Origin: an uncultured delta proteobacterium
GTDB lineage: Bacteria; Desulfobacterota; Desulfobacteria; Desulfobacterales; UBA2156
Assembly: GCA_963736855.1 (NCBI GenBank)
Contig: CAVTQK010000021.1
Span: forward strand, 192,001-256,000
Length of the DNA stretch: 64,000 nt
Direction of reading: 5' to 3'
The position numbers and the translations under genes were made by a program. The notes beneath the pieces are model-generated. The model saw nothing but the letters and a program-made list of their open reading frames with translations, made no database searches and was not told the DNA's origin. This document shows, piece after piece, positions 28,745 through 38,398 of this stretch (position 1 is its first letter; every line of letters starts with the position of its first letter).

Positions 28745-29533
28745 ATGATTATTGCAGGAATCGATAGTGGTGCGAAAAACACCAAGACGGTCATTTTAAA
28801 AGATGGCAAGAGTATCGGAAGAGGGAAGGCCCTGACCGGTTTTGACCTGATGAAGGCCGTGAAAGCTTCCCTGGCGGAGGCTTTAAATCAGGCGGGGATC
28901 CAGTGGGAGGATATCTATATGGTCGCCGGGACCGGGTCCGGAAAAGAAGCCATCACCATCGCCGATGTCAAGGTCAGCGATATCCAGGCGATGGCCAGGG
29001 CCGCCCGATACTTTTTCCCCCGTGTCCGTACAGTGGCAGATGTCGGGGCCGAAGAGGGGCGGGCGGCCAAGCTGGACGACAAGGGGGATATCGACGATTT
29101 TACCATCAATGAGAAATGCGCATCCGGTGCCGGCTCTTTCATCGAGGCCATGGCCCGGGCGTTGGAGGTGACCATCGAGGAGATGGGGACTCTGTGTCTT
29201 CAGTCGAACAAAGAGATCCCCATGAATGCCCAGTGTGCCATTTTTGCCGAGTCCGAAGTGGTGGGGTTGATTCATGCCAAGACCGCAAAGGCGGACATCA
29301 GCAAGGCCATACATGACTCCATGGCCAGTCGGATCGCAACCATGATCCGCCGTATCGGGGTGAATCCGGACGTCATGATGATCGGAGGGATGGCTAATAA
29401 TCCGGGGTTCATGGCGGCGGTGGAAAGAGAACTGAAAACGGATATCATCCTCATCCCGGAGAAACCGGAATTTGGCGCAGCCATCGGAGCAGCGTTGGCC
29501 GCCTCCGAAGAAAATCAAGCCAATGAAGCTTGA
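28745..29533 (+). CDS. bzdP: ASKHA-type ATPase/activase, bzd-type benzoyl-CoA reductase subunit P-like
   Basis: GIDSG, GTGSG, DVGAEEGRA, NEKCASGAG, CAIFAESEV, GGMA. Adjacent to bzdQ-like gene. Confidence 0.7.
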   Translation: MIIAGIDSGAKNTKTVILKDGKSIGRGKALTGFDLMKAVKASLAEALNQAGIQWEDIYMVAGTGSGKEAITIADVKVSDIQAMARAARYFFPRVRTVADVGAEEGRAAKLDDKGDIDDFTINEKCASGAGSFIEAMARALEVTIEEMGTLCLQSNKEIPMNAQCAIFAESEVVGLIHAKTAKADISKAIHDSMASRIATMIRRIGVNPDVMMIGGMANNPGFMAAVERELKTDIILIPEKPEFGAAIGAALAASEENQANEA

Positions 29534-29628
29534 TGAAATCGTAAAAACTCAAAATTAGGATGGCAAAGTAAAAAGCTTCAGATGCAGTGCAACGCAGCAG
29601 ATGGACTTTTTACGAAGCCATCAAGCTT
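29526..29628. mobile_element. MITE/REP-like element with 25-bp imperfect terminal inverted repeats
   Basis: AAGCTTGATGAAATCGTAAAAACTC versus reverse complement of the right end AAGCTTGATGGCTTCGTAAAAAGTC (21/25). Internal third partial copy. Confidence 0.7.
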
Positions 29629-29640
29629 AGAGATTCGATA

Positions 29641-30528
29641 ATGGCTGGAGAGATGAAAGAGGCGTTTTGGCGGTGGACGGAGTCAAACTGGAAAAACCCG
29701 GAGATCGACTGGAAGAAGGCCAAATTCATCGCGGTGGGCATCGATGTCGGCTCCGTCAGCTCCCAGGCGGTCATCATGGCCGATGGCGAGATTCTGGCTT
29801 ATGGGAACATGCGTACCGGATCGGACAGCCCCGATAGTGCCCGAAAAGTCTATAATTTTGCTCTGGAGGTTCTGGGAGACATGCCGGAGGACCGGAGAAA
29901 TTATTGCATCGGAACAGGATACGGCCGGGTCAACATTCCCTTTGCGGACCGAACTGTCACTGAGATCGCATGCCATGCCCGGGGTGCCAATTTTGTTTAC
30001 GGCCCGCAGGTACGGACCGTGCTGGATGTCGGCGGACAGGATATCAAGGTTATCCGGTGCGACGAAAAAGGGAAGGTCACCAACTTCCTGATGAACGATA
30101 AGTGTGCAGCCGGAACCGGGCGGGGCATGGAGGTTTTTTGCGACCTCCTGGGAATCCCCATTACCGAAGCGGGGAATCGAAGCTTCTGGTTCAAAGGTGA
30201 AGAACCGGAGGCCGTATCGAGCATTTGCGTGGTCTATGCCAAGTCAGAAGCCACAGGCCTTTTAAGGAAAGGTTATACAACGGAACAGGTACTTGCCGCT
30301 TATTGCAAGACGATGGCCCAGCGCATTTACTCTCTGGTGGAGCGTCTCGGCGTCAAACCCGAATTTGCCGTCACCGGCGGAATGGCTAAAAACTGCGGGG
30401 TCATGGAGCGACTCATGCGGATGATCGGCACCGAAGGAATGAAGACCCGATGGGACACCCAGATCGCCGGTGCCATCGGGGCGGCATTATTCGCCCATAC
30501 CCTATGCCTAAAGGGAAAAGTAAAATAA
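29641..30528 (+). CDS. bzdQ: bzd-type benzoyl-CoA reductase subunit Q (ATPase, BadF/BcrA family)
   Basis: N-terminal FWRWTE extension, GIDVGSVSSQAV, MRTGSDSPDSA, TGYGR, EIACHARGA, MNDKCAAGTGRGMEV. Confidence 0.8.
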   Translation: MAGEMKEAFWRWTESNWKNPEIDWKKAKFIAVGIDVGSVSSQAVIMADGEILAYGNMRTGSDSPDSARKVYNFALEVLGDMPEDRRNYCIGTGYGRVNIPFADRTVTEIACHARGANFVYGPQVRTVLDVGGQDIKVIRCDEKGKVTNFLMNDKCAAGTGRGMEVFCDLLGIPITEAGNRSFWFKGEEPEAVSSICVVYAKSEATGLLRKGYTTEQVLAAYCKTMAQRIYSLVERLGVKPEFAVTGGMAKNCGVMERLMRMIGTEGMKTRWDTQIAGAIGAALFAHTLCLKGKVK

Positions 30529-30563
30529 ACAGCTTCCCATTTTCTAAAAACCGGGGAATCCAG

Positions 30564-33083
30564 ATGGACACCGTCGGTTTGATCATTGACGGAAAAAGCA
30601 TCGAAGTACCGGCAGGCACCACCATTCTCGGGGCGGCTAAAAGCATCGGTATCTACATTCCCGCCCTGTGCCACCACCCGGATCTACCTCCGGCAAAAGG
30701 GGTTCCCTCTGCTTCAGCCATTTATCAGGGTGCCGTCCGAATCGTAAATGCCGCTCTCCACGAAGCCGGTAAAGAGTGCAGGTTATGTATGGTGGAAGTG
30801 GAAGGGGAACCGGATCTGGTGGAATCCTGTTTTACTGAGGCCCGTGTCGGTATGGTAGTGGTTACCCACAGCGACCGAATCCGGCAAAAGCGACAGGAAA
30901 ACCTGATCTCCATCATGGCGCGCCATCGTCACAGTTGTCTCACCTGCGCCCAGAAGGAGGGGTGTTCAAGGACCCAATGTTCCGCCAATGTTTCGGAAAA
31001 TGAACGTTGTTGCGAAGAGTTCGGGCACTGCGAGCTGCAAAATATCGCCGACTATATCGGCATTTCGAATGCCACGCCCCAGTGGGTTCCTACCACCATC
31101 CCCATTCTTTTCGATGAACCCCTTTTTAAACGGGATTACAATCTATGCATCGGTTGCACACGCTGTGTTCGGGTATGCAGGCAACTCCGGGGAATCGAGG
31201 CCATCGGCTTTGTTTACGATGCCGCCGGTCGGGTCCAGGTCGGGTCCCTTGGGCTTACGTTGGCGGAATCGGGATGTAAGTTCTGCATGGCCTGTGTTGA
31301 AGTCTGCCCCACCGGTGCATTGATGGAAAAGGACGTGGAAGCAGGGAAAAGGGAAGATGATCTGGTCCCATGCAGAGCCGCTTGCCCTGTCCACATCGAT
31401 ATCCCGGGCTATATCCGGATGATCGCTAAAGGAAAAGCGGATGCGGCCAATGCCATAATCCGGGAAAAGGTTCCCTTTCCGGGCATCCTTGGGAGGATCT
31501 GCATCCGGCCCTGTGAGTCCGTATGCCGCAGGGGAGAGGTGAACGAACCCATCGCCATCTGTGCGTTGAAGCGTTATGCCGCATACCACGAGAAAGGGTT
31601 ATGGAAGAAAGGGCTTACCCTCGGAAAGGATACCGGCAAGCGGGTTGCCGTAGTGGGAGCCGGACCGGCCGGGTTGACGGCGGCATTTTATCTTCAGAAA
31701 AAAGGGCATGCCGTCACCGTTTTCGATGCCGGCGCTGAACCTGGCGGGATGATGCGTTATGGGATTCCGGCCTATCGCCTGCCTTTGGATGTGCTGCAGA
31801 AAGAAATCGATGAAATCTTCGATTTGGGAATTGAATTCAAGCCCAATATGCGTCTCGGCAAACACATGCAACTGGAAGATCTGAAGGCGGAGGGTTTTGA
31901 TGCCGTATTCTTGGCTATCGGCGCCCAATTAAGCCGGCGGATCCCCCTTGAGGGATGTGATCTTCCCGACGTGATATGGGGAGTCGACTTCCTGAGGGAT
32001 GTAGCTCATGGAAAAGCCGTGCGCATGAAAGAGAACGTACTCGTCATCGGCGGAGGGAACATGGCAATAGATGTCGCCCTGACCGCGCTGCGTTGCGGGT
32101 CAGCAGATGTCTCCATTGCCTGCCTGGAGAGCGAAGAAGAGATGTCGGCATTTAAGTGGGCAATAGAGGACGCCGTGGCCGAAGGAGTGAAGCTTTTGCC
32201 ATCCTGGGGGCCGGAGCGGGTCTTGAGCAAAAATGGCAGGGTAACAGGGCTCGATCTGGTGGAGTGCACCTGCGTATTCGATGAAAAAGGAAACTTTGGC
32301 CCAAGATTTGGGGATCGGAAAGAATGCATCATGGTGGATCAGATCATCCTGGCCGTGGGCCGGTCCGTTGACCTGTCGTTCCTGTCCGACGGAACCCCCA
32401 TTTCGATTGAAAATGGGCTCATCCTGATCGAACAGGAAACCCTGGAAACCGGGATGAAGCATGTGTTTGCCGGAGGCGACGCCATTGCCATGCCCGGCAC
32501 CGTGATTCACGCCATCTCCCATGGTCGGAAGGCGTCCTCAGCCATCGATAAGGCGCTGGGAGGGGATGGTCGGATCGAGGAAGTGCTCTTTCCGAGGGGA
32601 GCCCCGGATCCATACTTCGGCCGCGAAGAGGGGTTTGCGGGATGGTCGCGGATTCCTGTTCCACAGATTCCTTTGGGTGACAGTCGCAGTGATTTCGCAG
32701 AGATCGACCTTGGTTATGACCAAACCCAGGCTCGAAAAGAAGCTCGGCGCTGCCTGCAATGTGACGCCAGGCTTTATTTGAAGGGCAATCCGGCTCCGCC
32801 GGAGAACCTGGTGGCTTTCACCTATGAACACATCGTTCAACTCTCTGAAGCTGAAGGGGTTTTTAGACTGTTGGATGCAGGAAGAAATATCCTGGCCATC
32901 AAGGGGACACCTGATCTGAAGGCGGAGCTTTTAAGGGCGCTGAAAGAAAATCAAAATGCCGTCTGGTTTGAGTTCGAGGAAGACAAGTTGTACTCCAAGA
33001 GAGAAAGCGAACTCCTCCAGCGATACCTTCAGGAACATGGGAAGATGCCCGGAATTTCTGCGGACGACGACGATTACTTTTAA
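30564..33083 (+). CDS. BzdV-like FAD/NAD(P)-dependent Fe-S oxidoreductase (2Fe-2S + 2x4Fe-4S + GltD-like + small C-terminal domain)
   Basis: IPALC...CRLC, CIGCTRC, CKFCMAC, CRAACP, GRICIRPCE, GAGPAG, GGGN, EARRCLQC, KRESELLQRY. Confidence 0.8.
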   Translation: MDTVGLIIDGKSIEVPAGTTILGAAKSIGIYIPALCHHPDLPPAKGVPSASAIYQGAVRIVNAALHEAGKECRLCMVEVEGEPDLVESCFTEARVGMVVVTHSDRIRQKRQENLISIMARHRHSCLTCAQKEGCSRTQCSANVSENERCCEEFGHCELQNIADYIGISNATPQWVPTTIPILFDEPLFKRDYNLCIGCTRCVRVCRQLRGIEAIGFVYDAAGRVQVGSLGLTLAESGCKFCMACVEVCPTGALMEKDVEAGKREDDLVPCRAACPVHIDIPGYIRMIAKGKADAANAIIREKVPFPGILGRICIRPCESVCRRGEVNEPIAICALKRYAAYHEKGLWKKGLTLGKDTGKRVAVVGAGPAGLTAAFYLQKKGHAVTVFDAGAEPGGMMRYGIPAYRLPLDVLQKEIDEIFDLGIEFKPNMRLGKHMQLEDLKAEGFDAVFLAIGAQLSRRIPLEGCDLPDVIWGVDFLRDVAHGKAVRMKENVLVIGGGNMAIDVALTALRCGSADVSIACLESEEEMSAFKWAIEDAVAEGVKLLPSWGPERVLSKNGRVTGLDLVECTCVFDEKGNFGPRFGDRKECIMVDQIILAVGRSVDLSFLSDGTPISIENGLILIEQETLETGMKHVFAGGDAIAMPGTVIHAISHGRKASSAIDKALGGDGRIEEVLFPRGAPDPYFGREEGFAGWSRIPVPQIPLGDSRSDFAEIDLGYDQTQARKEARRCLQCDARLYLKGNPAPPENLVAFTYEHIVQLSEAEGVFRLLDAGRNILAIKGTPDLKAELLRALKENQNAVWFEFEEDKLYSKRESELLQRYLQEHGKMPGISADDDDYF

Positions 33084-33089
33084 GCCCGG

Positions 33090-33527
33090 CTAATCCAGGG
33101 TTTTTGAGAGATTAATAAAGTTGCTGCGATTAAATCCAAGGGTCTTGAAGAAGGAGAGCAGATCCGTAGAATCCCATCGGACGGAGGTATGCACGTTATG
33201 GATCCCTTCCTTCTTGTAAAACCTGAAAAGCTCTTCAGCCAAGCGCGCTCCGATTCCCTGGCCCATATAGTCGGGGTTCACTCCGAGGGTGGCGATCCAC
33301 GAGCTTTTTTCGATTCCGAAACCGAGATTCAGGACATAGCTGATTATAAAACCGACGACTCTACCCTCGAATTCGGCTACAAAACAGGCATCCTCCCCTC
33401 TCTGGGCATCATGGGCGATGACCCGCTTGAAATCGATTTCGACCGGTTTCTGGGTGATGGCGGCGTAGATCTTGCTGATGGCTTCCGAATCCTCGATTTT
33501 TAATTTGCGAACCACAATGTCTGTCAC
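33090..33527 (-). CDS. GNAT-family acetyltransferase-like protein
   Basis: LGVNPDYMGQGIG acetyl-CoA motif A; FFKTLGF. Confidence 0.85.
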   Translation of the reverse strand: MTDIVVRKLKIEDSEAISKIYAAITQKPVEIDFKRVIAHDAQRGEDACFVAEFEGRVVGFIISYVLNLGFGIEKSSWIATLGVNPDYMGQGIGARLAEELFRFYKKEGIHNVHTSVRWDSTDLLSFFKTLGFNRSNFINLSKTLD

Positions 33528-33554
33528 CGATAGCTCTCCCCTGCAGATTGATGG

Positions 33555-33743
33555 TTAATCGATTCGGATGATCTTGACTTGGTGTCCCACCCAGTTGGGA
33601 GGGAGATATACCCGGCCGCTGTTGCCGCTCAACTTCACCCGCTTTTCGATCATCTCTTCCCCGTAAATTTCGAACTTAACTTTTTCTTGGCCCGATTTCG
33701 GGTCGGCTTCTTTTCTATTTTCCGCTTTCTTGTCGTCAACCAC
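33555..33743 (-). CDS. DUF2080-like small protein (AbrB-type swapped hairpin)
   Basis: EEMIEKRVKLSGNSGRVYLPPNWVGHQVKIIR motif, 62 aa. Confidence 0.75.
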   Translation of the reverse strand: MVDDKKAENRKEADPKSGQEKVKFEIYGEEMIEKRVKLSGNSGRVYLPPNWVGHQVKIIRID

Positions 33744-33874
33744 GTCTCATCCCTTTTCTGGAGTATAACAAAAAGATCGAAAACTCACGCATCAATTTGC
33801 CTGCATCGGTTGCTCGGCGGCTGTGTACTGAATAATATAACGATCAATACTGATAGCTGTTTTTTAGCTATTAT

Positions 33875-36130
33875 TCAAGGGAAATGTTCGGCCCATGCCA
33901 GGATGGCGGAGTAGGTGCATACTTCATAATAAACTTGTTCAAAGGTCGATATTGCACCCGGGCCCGGGGATCCTGGGGTGAAAAAGGGTGCTTCTCGAAT
34001 AACGAGGGTCCGTTTAGTTCCCAAGGAGGTCGGGAATTTTCCCACGTGGAATCGGAGGCGTTCGGATTTAAGATCGGGCATTGTGTATTCCAGGGTTTTC
34101 AGGTTGACTTCCAGGGAGAGTTGTCCGAACCCCGCGTTGTCGAGTGCAATGCCGTTTACGTTGTAAATCAAGGGGAGGGCCGAGGCGTCTTCAGCCGTAT
34201 GATCGGCTTTTTCGGGCTTAAATACAACCAGATTGAAACGTGGTTTCCATGTGCCTGTTTGCATCAGACGTTTATCGGAACGGCACAAAGAATGGGCTTT
34301 GTTGATGGCGGAAGAGATCATGATACGCCGATTCCCGTCGAACAAGTAGGTGGGGGGACCGTTCTGAAAGCCGATGCCGATCCCGAGTTCAATGACGGGG
34401 AGCTGAGCCTTCCGGCTCCCCGCGTTGCAACGTCGCACCACTGAGAGGATGTCCATGGCCAAGCCGCAGGCCCGGGCTACGGTGAAGAGGTTCTTTGCCG
34501 GCTGAAACCTTTCCAGGATGGTCAGAATGATGGCATCCCCTTCGATGAAAACTTTTTCTGCTTCATAGGTTTCCAGGAGGCGATTGATGGGCTCAAAAAA
34601 ATTCAGACTGAAAAAGGAAGCGGGGTTGAGGCCCTTGCCTTTCATTTGTCTGACAATTTCCGTAGATCCCCGTACATCAGCCTTAAGGACGACGTGATTG
34701 ATGATGGGGCTGTGGTCCTCCGTGTCTTCCTCGGGAAGCAAAAATTCATAGAGCAAGTTATTAACCCGGGATAGATTGAGGACCTTCTCCTCGATGACGA
34801 GGTGGACGGCATCCATGGCCTCCCGGGTTCTTGTGGCGTTTTTCAAATCCCGGTGATACCGGGAAAGGTCCCTGAGAAAGCGCAGTAGGTACGCTTCTTT
34901 TTGGCGACGGTTGAGTCGACGAATCCGTCTGGCTATCTTCCACAGGGCATCAGCAGAATAGGACCGATTCTCCTTTTTAGAAAGCCGTCTGAGTCGATCC
35001 AGTACAATTTCTCTGGATCGAGGGTTTACCATAAATTGCATCACCACCTGGGGTGTCAGGGGAGGACAATATTCCAGGAAACCCGGTTGGATCTCATAAG
35101 AAGCCGCAACGATGGGAATGAGCCCGATTTTTTGAAATCGTTCATAGAAAAACCTTAACAGGCTTTTTTTTGCTGCTGCCCTTTGAGTCAAAGAAAGAAC
35201 TTCGTCCTTCGGGTATCCATGGACCTTCAACTCCGTGCGTCGATTCGGATATTCTTCAACATTGAAGAGACGGTCCATATTTTCCGGTTCACCGATCCAT
35301 TCGTCTAGAAGGAGATCCTTTTCTTTTGGCGGTGAAGATTCGCTCATTTCTGCATCCGTATCGCATTCCATCAGCAGGCGCTTCACCAAAACAATGAGGG
35401 CGTCATAACGGTTGGCGTCTTCGTATCGGTGGCCAAAGAGAAGATATTCGGAGATCATGAACAGGTCTTCCGGCAAGACATCTCCACAGATCAGTGGGTT
35501 GTTGAAAAAGTTATCGGGGAGAATGGATTCGGCTCCGAAGGCTGATTCCCGGTATTTTCTTAAAGGGTCACGCTGGATTTCTTCCACTAACTGAAACAGG
35601 TCTTTGCTGACGCTGCGGAGAATGGATTGCCGATTCTTGAAGATGTCGGAAAGCACCTTTTTTAACCGGATGTTCTCCATATGGTTGAAGGTGGACGGAG
35701 TTTCCGTTTCCCGTATGCCTTTCTTCAAATGCCGACAAAGCCCCTCAAACTGGTCCCGGATTTCCTGTATCAAAAACTTGTACAGGGCAACTTGGGCCAG
35801 CATGTCTATCTGAATTTCTTTGAAATCCCGAGCCTGCCGGAAACCGGAAAAAAGCACATCACGACAGACCTGCTTGAACGCATTGCGCAAATCTGTGCGG
35901 TCGGACTGGGTTCCGATATCCACCCCATCCTCGATATGGGCGGCAAGGGCTATAAACTGGAAAGCCAGTTTTGAGGCAATGCTGCAAAATTTTGGACTTA
36001 AGTGAACGTCATATCGGATGTTGTCCACTCCGAGCTTGAGACGATCGAAAGCAATGCGGACGTACGTGGCCTTTTGGAGAAGGTCTTTCAGGCGGAAAGT
36101 CGGTTTAGTATGCTTTTTGAAAAAAATCAT
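33875..36130 (-). CDS. Large helical protein with C-terminal class III nucleotidyl-cyclase-like domain
   Basis: KADVRGST, FIEGDA, LGIGI, ISSAINKA motifs in the C-terminal third; 751 aa. Confidence 0.65.
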   Translation of the reverse strand: MIFFKKHTKPTFRLKDLLQKATYVRIAFDRLKLGVDNIRYDVHLSPKFCSIASKLAFQFIALAAHIEDGVDIGTQSDRTDLRNAFKQVCRDVLFSGFRQARDFKEIQIDMLAQVALYKFLIQEIRDQFEGLCRHLKKGIRETETPSTFNHMENIRLKKVLSDIFKNRQSILRSVSKDLFQLVEEIQRDPLRKYRESAFGAESILPDNFFNNPLICGDVLPEDLFMISEYLLFGHRYEDANRYDALIVLVKRLLMECDTDAEMSESSPPKEKDLLLDEWIGEPENMDRLFNVEEYPNRRTELKVHGYPKDEVLSLTQRAAAKKSLLRFFYERFQKIGLIPIVAASYEIQPGFLEYCPPLTPQVVMQFMVNPRSREIVLDRLRRLSKKENRSYSADALWKIARRIRRLNRRQKEAYLLRFLRDLSRYHRDLKNATRTREAMDAVHLVIEEKVLNLSRVNNLLYEFLLPEEDTEDHSPIINHVVLKADVRGSTEIVRQMKGKGLNPASFFSLNFFEPINRLLETYEAEKVFIEGDAIILTILERFQPAKNLFTVARACGLAMDILSVVRRCNAGSRKAQLPVIELGIGIGFQNGPPTYLFDGNRRIMISSAINKAHSLCRSDKRLMQTGTWKPRFNLVVFKPEKADHTAEDASALPLIYNVNGIALDNAGFGQLSLEVNLKTLEYTMPDLKSERLRFHVGKFPTSLGTKRTLVIREAPFFTPGSPGPGAISTFEQVYYEVCTYSAILAWAEHFP

Positions 36131-36200
36131 AAAATAAAATCAGCTTTGGTGTAATTCTCTGCAGAATCTGATCCTGAGACCCTGGTTGATCAAATCGGCT

Positions 36201-37220
36201 TTAATGTTTCCGACGCTGTACGATTCCCATGAGAATCCCGGATTCTGTAGGGCCCCGGAATGGGTGCCTGAGGATATCCTCCACTCCGGCTGCTTTGAGC
36301 ATATCGATGATTTGCGGCTCACTGTAAGATTGTCCTTTCAGTGTTCCAAGGAGCATGTTCAGGGAGAAAAGGGCCGGAAACAGAGGCTTTTCCATAGTGT
36401 CGTCCAGGATAAAATCATGGACAAGGATTAGGCCGCCGGGCTCAAGCGTGGATACGGCCTTTCGAATCAGCCGGCGGCATTCATCCGGTCCCTCCGCATG
36501 GAGGATGTGGGAAAGCCACGCCACGTCAAAAACGCCCGGGATTTCATCTTCATGGTAGTCTCCCCCGTAAAAAGTGATGCGGTCTTTCATCCCGAACCGC
36601 TCAAAGATCTTTTCGGCAAAGGGCCTAGTGGTTTCTAAATCAAAAACCGTCGCCGAAAGCTCTGGGAAATGCTTACAGAAAAAGACGGCGTAGGTGCCCG
36701 GTCCGCCGCCGAGATCCAGAAAGTGACGCCTTCCGGATAAGTCAATCTGGGATGCCAACATCGGTGCGATCCCCATAGCATTATTGAACATCCCCATGAG
36801 AAAACTTTCCCGGCGGGGTTCCTCACCAATGGAAGATCTTTCCCGTACCGGCTTTCCGGTCAAAACGGCCTGATCCAGCTTCCCCCAGGACTCGAAGAGG
36901 TAGTGGTGATGCAGGATCATATAACCGATGTACTTTTCTGAATCTTTTGAAAGCAGGACGGTTCCGGCTTCGGTATTCATGTAAGCGGATTCCTGTTTGC
37001 GCAACAACCCCATGGCAGAAAGTGCGTTGAGTAAAAACGTCAAGGCTCTTTCATCCGCGCCGATTTCTGCGGCAAGATCCCCCGCGGTTTTCCCATTTTC
37101 TCCAATCAACGTGAAAAGGTTGAGCTTTACTGCTGCATGGAGGGTGCACGTTTTCCAATAATACCCGGATATTTCCAGGATCTCTCGGGGGGTGGAGGGT
37201 TCCTTTTCTCCGGAAGGCAT
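36201..37220 (-). CDS. SAM-dependent O-methyltransferase (dimerisation + Methyltransf_2)
   Basis: LHAAVKLNLF, LDLGGGPG, LSHILH, PGG. Confidence 0.85.
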   Translation of the reverse strand: MPSGEKEPSTPREILEISGYYWKTCTLHAAVKLNLFTLIGENGKTAGDLAAEIGADERALTFLLNALSAMGLLRKQESAYMNTEAGTVLLSKDSEKYIGYMILHHHYLFESWGKLDQAVLTGKPVRERSSIGEEPRRESFLMGMFNNAMGIAPMLASQIDLSGRRHFLDLGGGPGTYAVFFCKHFPELSATVFDLETTRPFAEKIFERFGMKDRITFYGGDYHEDEIPGVFDVAWLSHILHAEGPDECRRLIRKAVSTLEPGGLILVHDFILDDTMEKPLFPALFSLNMLLGTLKGQSYSEPQIIDMLKAAGVEDILRHPFRGPTESGILMGIVQRRKH

Positions 37221-37225
37221 GGGTT

Positions 37226-38359
37226 TTACCCCTTTTTTGCAGATGATTTTTTTTGTGCGGTCTTCAATTCCTGTTCCACCACGCAGTACACCCCTTTTCC
37301 GGTCCGAATCGGAATGAAGCACCGGTTTTCGGACTGGCAGGTCGCCTTTCGACGATCACCCGAGCGCCACCGCTTGATTAGATCAGGCTCCCGGATCAAG
37401 GGCCTGCTCATGCAGATGTAATCGGCAATCCCTTTCTTGATAATACGCTCCGCCACGTTATAGGAGCGGATTCCTCCCACCAGCATGATGGGTACACTCA
37501 ATCGCGCTTTAAAGGCCGTTCCCGCCTCTTTGAAGTAAGCTTCATCTTCTTCCTGAATAATTCCTGCGCGAATCGGCCGCAATTTGCCGGAGGCGCCTGT
37601 TCCACCGCTCAGCTCGATGGCGTCGATTCCCTCTCGCTGCAGAAAAAGACCGGCCTCCAGGGACTCTTCCAGAGTCAATCCGCCTTCGAGGCAATCCTGG
37701 GTGTTGATTTTAATAAGGACGGGGAAATCTTGGCCCACGCGGGATCGTATCTCCTGCAAAACTTCGATGAGGATCTTCGTCCGGTTAGCCAGATTCCCGC
37801 CGTACTTATCTTTACGCCGATTGAAGAGGGGGGACAGAAACTGACTCAACAGGTAACCATGGGCCGCATGGATCTGGACCCCGTCAAAGCCGGCCTTCTG
37901 GGCCCGTTTTGCAGCCATACCAAAAGCCCGGATTATGGTTTTAATTTGAGGGGGCGCCATTTCCAGGGGCGGCGTGGTGGTGAATCCACCGACATCCGAA
38001 GGGGCAATGGGCATACCCCCGGTAAGCCGGGGATCGGCGAACATGCCGGCATGGGCGAGTTGCAGGACAATGGTGCCGTTGTTTTTATGCACCGTATCCG
38101 TCATTTGGGTCAGGCCGGGGATGAGGCGATCATCGTAGACTCCCAATTGCCAGGGTCCTGCCTGTCCATTTCTGTGGACATAAGCGTGTCCCGTAATGAT
38201 CATTCCAACGCCGCCCTTGACGAGCTTTTTCATCAGGTTGGTGAGGCGACGGGTGCATGCACCGTCTTCTTCCGCCATCCCCTCCCAGGTGGCCGACCGC
38301 ACGAAACGGTTACTTAGCGTCATGGAATTGATTCGTGTTTCTTCAAAAAGATCCTTCAC
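37226..38359 (-). CDS. NADH:flavin oxidoreductase (Old Yellow Enzyme family)
   Basis: NRFVRSAT, QLAHAG, AGFDGVQIHAAHGYLLSQFLSP, RKDKYGG, SRPLIREP. Confidence 0.9.
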   Translation of the reverse strand: MKDLFEETRINSMTLSNRFVRSATWEGMAEEDGACTRRLTNLMKKLVKGGVGMIITGHAYVHRNGQAGPWQLGVYDDRLIPGLTQMTDTVHKNNGTIVLQLAHAGMFADPRLTGGMPIAPSDVGGFTTTPPLEMAPPQIKTIIRAFGMAAKRAQKAGFDGVQIHAAHGYLLSQFLSPLFNRRKDKYGGNLANRTKILIEVLQEIRSRVGQDFPVLIKINTQDCLEGGLTLEESLEAGLFLQREGIDAIELSGGTGASGKLRPIRAGIIQEEDEAYFKEAGTAFKARLSVPIMLVGGIRSYNVAERIIKKGIADYICMSRPLIREPDLIKRWRSGDRRKATCQSENRCFIPIRTGKGVYCVVEQELKTAQKKSSAKKG

Positions 38360-38398
38360 ACAGCAACCTCTTCTATGGATTTTTTCCCGGTTGTTATT

